Shown: positions 61,501 through 64,000 of the stretch, one piece after another
How the letters are laid out: every line of letters starts with the position of its first letter
Numbering within the stretch: position 1 is the first letter of the stretch
Assembly (NCBI GenBank): GCA_973895155.1
Contig: OZ316895.1
Coordinates: forward strand, 9,598,184-9,662,183
Direction: 5' to 3'
From: Marsupella aquatica
Taxonomy: Eukaryota; Plantae; Marchantiophyta
Length of the DNA stretch: 64,000 nucleotides
Translations under genes and position numbers: made by a program
The notes under the pieces: generated by a model
Databases searched by the model: none
Told to the model about the DNA's origin: nothing
What the model saw: the letters and a program-made list of their open reading frames with translations, nothing else

Positions 61501-62628
61501 TCATGGTGTCTAGATGGGGGTAGGAATAATGATGGAATACTCAGTAATGGCATGGTTTAAAATGGTATGACCAAACTAGAATTAAATCTATGTGGAATGA
61601 CATATGGTGTATCCAAAATCATATGTATTGGGTTAGATCTCATACTTTAAGGTTGAAGGGCTCAAATGTTGTGCTCTCATAAGTTGTACTCTAATGTAGA
61701 GTCGCTTGTATGACTTCAACCTAATTGCCTTAACTGAGTTATAGTTACAACTTCCCTAAAAGTTGTAAACATGACTCCTCAAAACTTCACCAAAACTCAG
61801 TCAAGAAGGTGTGACTAACATGACACCAATAACCTTGGAGTCGCTGTTTCATGAAGGTCTCGGACAAGTCACATTCTTTGTGGTCTCAGAAAGGTTGGGT
61901 TTCTTCTAGTGCTGGTTTTCACATATTAGACGTCAAGACGACAAGAAGTTGAAAGGAGCTTCAAAAATGAGGTGACGGCCTGGACGGCCTCCTCACAGGG
62001 ACGGCCGGGATGGCGCCGTCCTGGATGGCCTCCTCACGAAAGACGGCAAAGACGGCGCCGGCTTGGACGGCTTCTACACAGGGACGACACCCATTTTTTG
62101 CTAAGGACGGCCAACTCCTTCCGCGCCGGCACGCATGAAAAACTCGAGGACGTCTTGGACGGCCTCCACATAGGGACGTCCGGTACGTCCACCCCGCCAC
62201 GACCTAATGTGACGTCCGCGCCGGCCCAAACCTTTTTCTCCAGTTTTCTTTGAGGGACGTCCATGGCGGCCGGCAGTAGGGCGCGAGCTTCGACCCTCAG
62301 TGCTCACTCGTTAGACCACCATTCGAGCTCATTTCAATTGCTATAGGAGCGCAGCTGCCTAGAGAATGTTCACCCCGATTTTGAACTGCTATTGATGAGA
62401 CGTTGAGGAGTATTGGGTCATCGATGCTCTTTGATTTCTTGGAATTGAAGAAATTTCAATTTTGAGAGCTTCGCCTGATCAGAGCTCCTTCATTTCTATC
62501 TCTTTTCAGTTCATTCCTTCTCCCATAGTAGCGCAGCTACCTTAGATCCCTGAGATTTCATTCTTGAGCCTCAATGCTTAACCGTTTTTAGGAGGAGAGC
62601 TCTAGAGCCTTCTCAGATTTTCTGAGCT

Positions 62629-64000
62629 ATGGCCACCAAAAGCTTACCAATTAGTAAGGCCATCAGGGTGACCTTACCTCCAGGTCCTAAGGCTTACTTT
62701 AGACTCCTTAGTAACCTGGTAGAGATGGGCTTGAGTTCCTTACTTTTTCTTCCTTGGGATATGGTGCATGGGTCCATCATTGCCGATTTTCTTCGTCCAC
62801 CCCGAGCTGGCACTTTTCGGAGTTCTACTAGAGGTTCAGCTGATGTGTGTACCACCGCCGTTGTTTCTGAGGTGTACCAGTTGAGCTAGGAGGGAGAGAG
62901 ACTTATCTCTGTTGGAGAGGACTTGACTGTCCCCTATTTTAGAGGTACCAGGGACCGGAGGTCTGGTTGGAAGATTGATCAGTGCAGGAACCGGGAGTTA
63001 GCTCATCTACTTCGATTCCTTGTACCTATCTTTCATCCGACCAAACCCACCAGGGCTATGGTTTACTTGACCAGCTCTATCATTGTATCATGGACCGGCA
63101 AGAGGAGGATCAACTGGGCCTTAGCTCTTTCGGAGGTGATCGCCAAGCAGGTGGCTGTCTTGTCTACTACCGGTGATACCTATCTGACACCCTACTTGGC
63201 GCACATTTACTTTTCGAGAGGTTGCTTATTACCAGTGGAGCTGAGCCATTGGAGGAGGAGAGCGAGACACTTTGAGCTACCTCAGCCAGAGTTAGCAAGA
63301 GAGTTGACTCCACCACCGACGACATCTCCGAGACCCCCTCCAGTGGAGCAGACGACAGCACCAGATCTACCAGGGATGACTTCTCCCTCTTTCGTTGCTT
63401 CCACTTCTTATCCATCATGGACTGATTTTGTTGGTGATGCTGAGCGACTAGCTAGTGTGGCTGGTTTCAACCAGCATTTGGTAGATGAGGCCACTAGACT
63501 CTTGAGTTGTACCCCTCTACAGTTGCTTGACTGTATTCGTGCTTTGCTTTCTGAGTCTCGTACCGTCCCACCCCCTCATGTCTCACCCCCTGCACCTTCA
63601 CCACAGCCTGATCACCCTATGGATGTGGATGAGCCGGAGCTACCTATTGCTGACCCTTCACTCCCTTCTCCATCTCCTTTACCCCCTTCACCAGTACCCC
63701 CTCCAGATCCATTTTCCTCTATTGAGGATACCACCCTATCACCCCTTGATGATTCATTTCCCTCTCCTACCATGGAAGGAGATGAACCTATTCCTGAGCC
63801 TATTCCCGAGACTGAGCCTGAGCCTGAGACCATAGAGCCTCCCAGTGTACCATTTATAGCTCCTACCCCTTTGATGTCTCAGCCTCCTATTGTCTCTTCT
63901 GTTGCAGACATTGAGCCTCTTTTTGTCTTTCCCGCCCAGTTTGATAGGATGATTACGTCACTCATCGACGCACGCACTCCTCTTGCACCTCCTTTACCTC
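62629..64000 (+). pseudogene. Retrotransposon accessory-ORF homologue (one TAG at 62887-62889), open to the window end
   Basis: GLSSLLFLPW...VSEVYQL...SGWKIDQCRN..L..LLRFL.PI.HP.KP...NWA..L...YL.PYL.H.Y, then a Pro-rich tail. Parallels the LTR-ORF domain. Confidence 0.6.

Larger units (their letters stand above)
45018..61911 (-). mobile_element. CACTA element C (16,894 bp) with multiple cargo genes
   Basis: TIR CACTAGAAGAA at both ends; TSD CTG (45015-45017, 61912-61914); GTGACT/AGTCAC subterminal motifs. Confidence 0.95.

Overview
Plant nuclear DNA, probably from a non-seed land plant (inferred from SmE/RPL18a sequences, a tRNA-Asn primer site and the TE types). It is almost entirely nested transposons, with no ordinary host gene. 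(1) A P-element-like DDE transposase gene (minus, 23351 to <1) is interrupted by a 4.66-kb solo LTR (880-5543, TSD ATTCC), a 15.5-kb non-chromoviral Ty3/gypsy element of the same family (7092-22568, TSD ATTGG) and a MITE. The 4.6-kb LTRs of this family contain a ~1120-aa sense ORF. Gag-PR and RT-RH-IN are joined by an apparent -1 frameshift (GGAUUUU plus stem/pseudoknot), and the PPT has a central copy. (2) Three CACTA elements: B (~24621-43837, TnpA-like gene only) contains an intact SmE retrocopy (16-bp TSD), which is itself split by A (28412-38468, TSD TTT); C spans 45018-61911 (TSD CTG). A and C carry chromatin/repair cargo: a SET domain inside the transposase intron (A), and an EDM2-type PHD module, a tandem-BRCT gene, a Cys-rich ORF and a captured RPL18a exon (C). 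The TnpA-like proteins of B and C have GW/WG-rich regions. (3) The window ends in a distant homologue of the LTR-encoded ORF. All domain calls are motif recognition by eye; no database searches were run.
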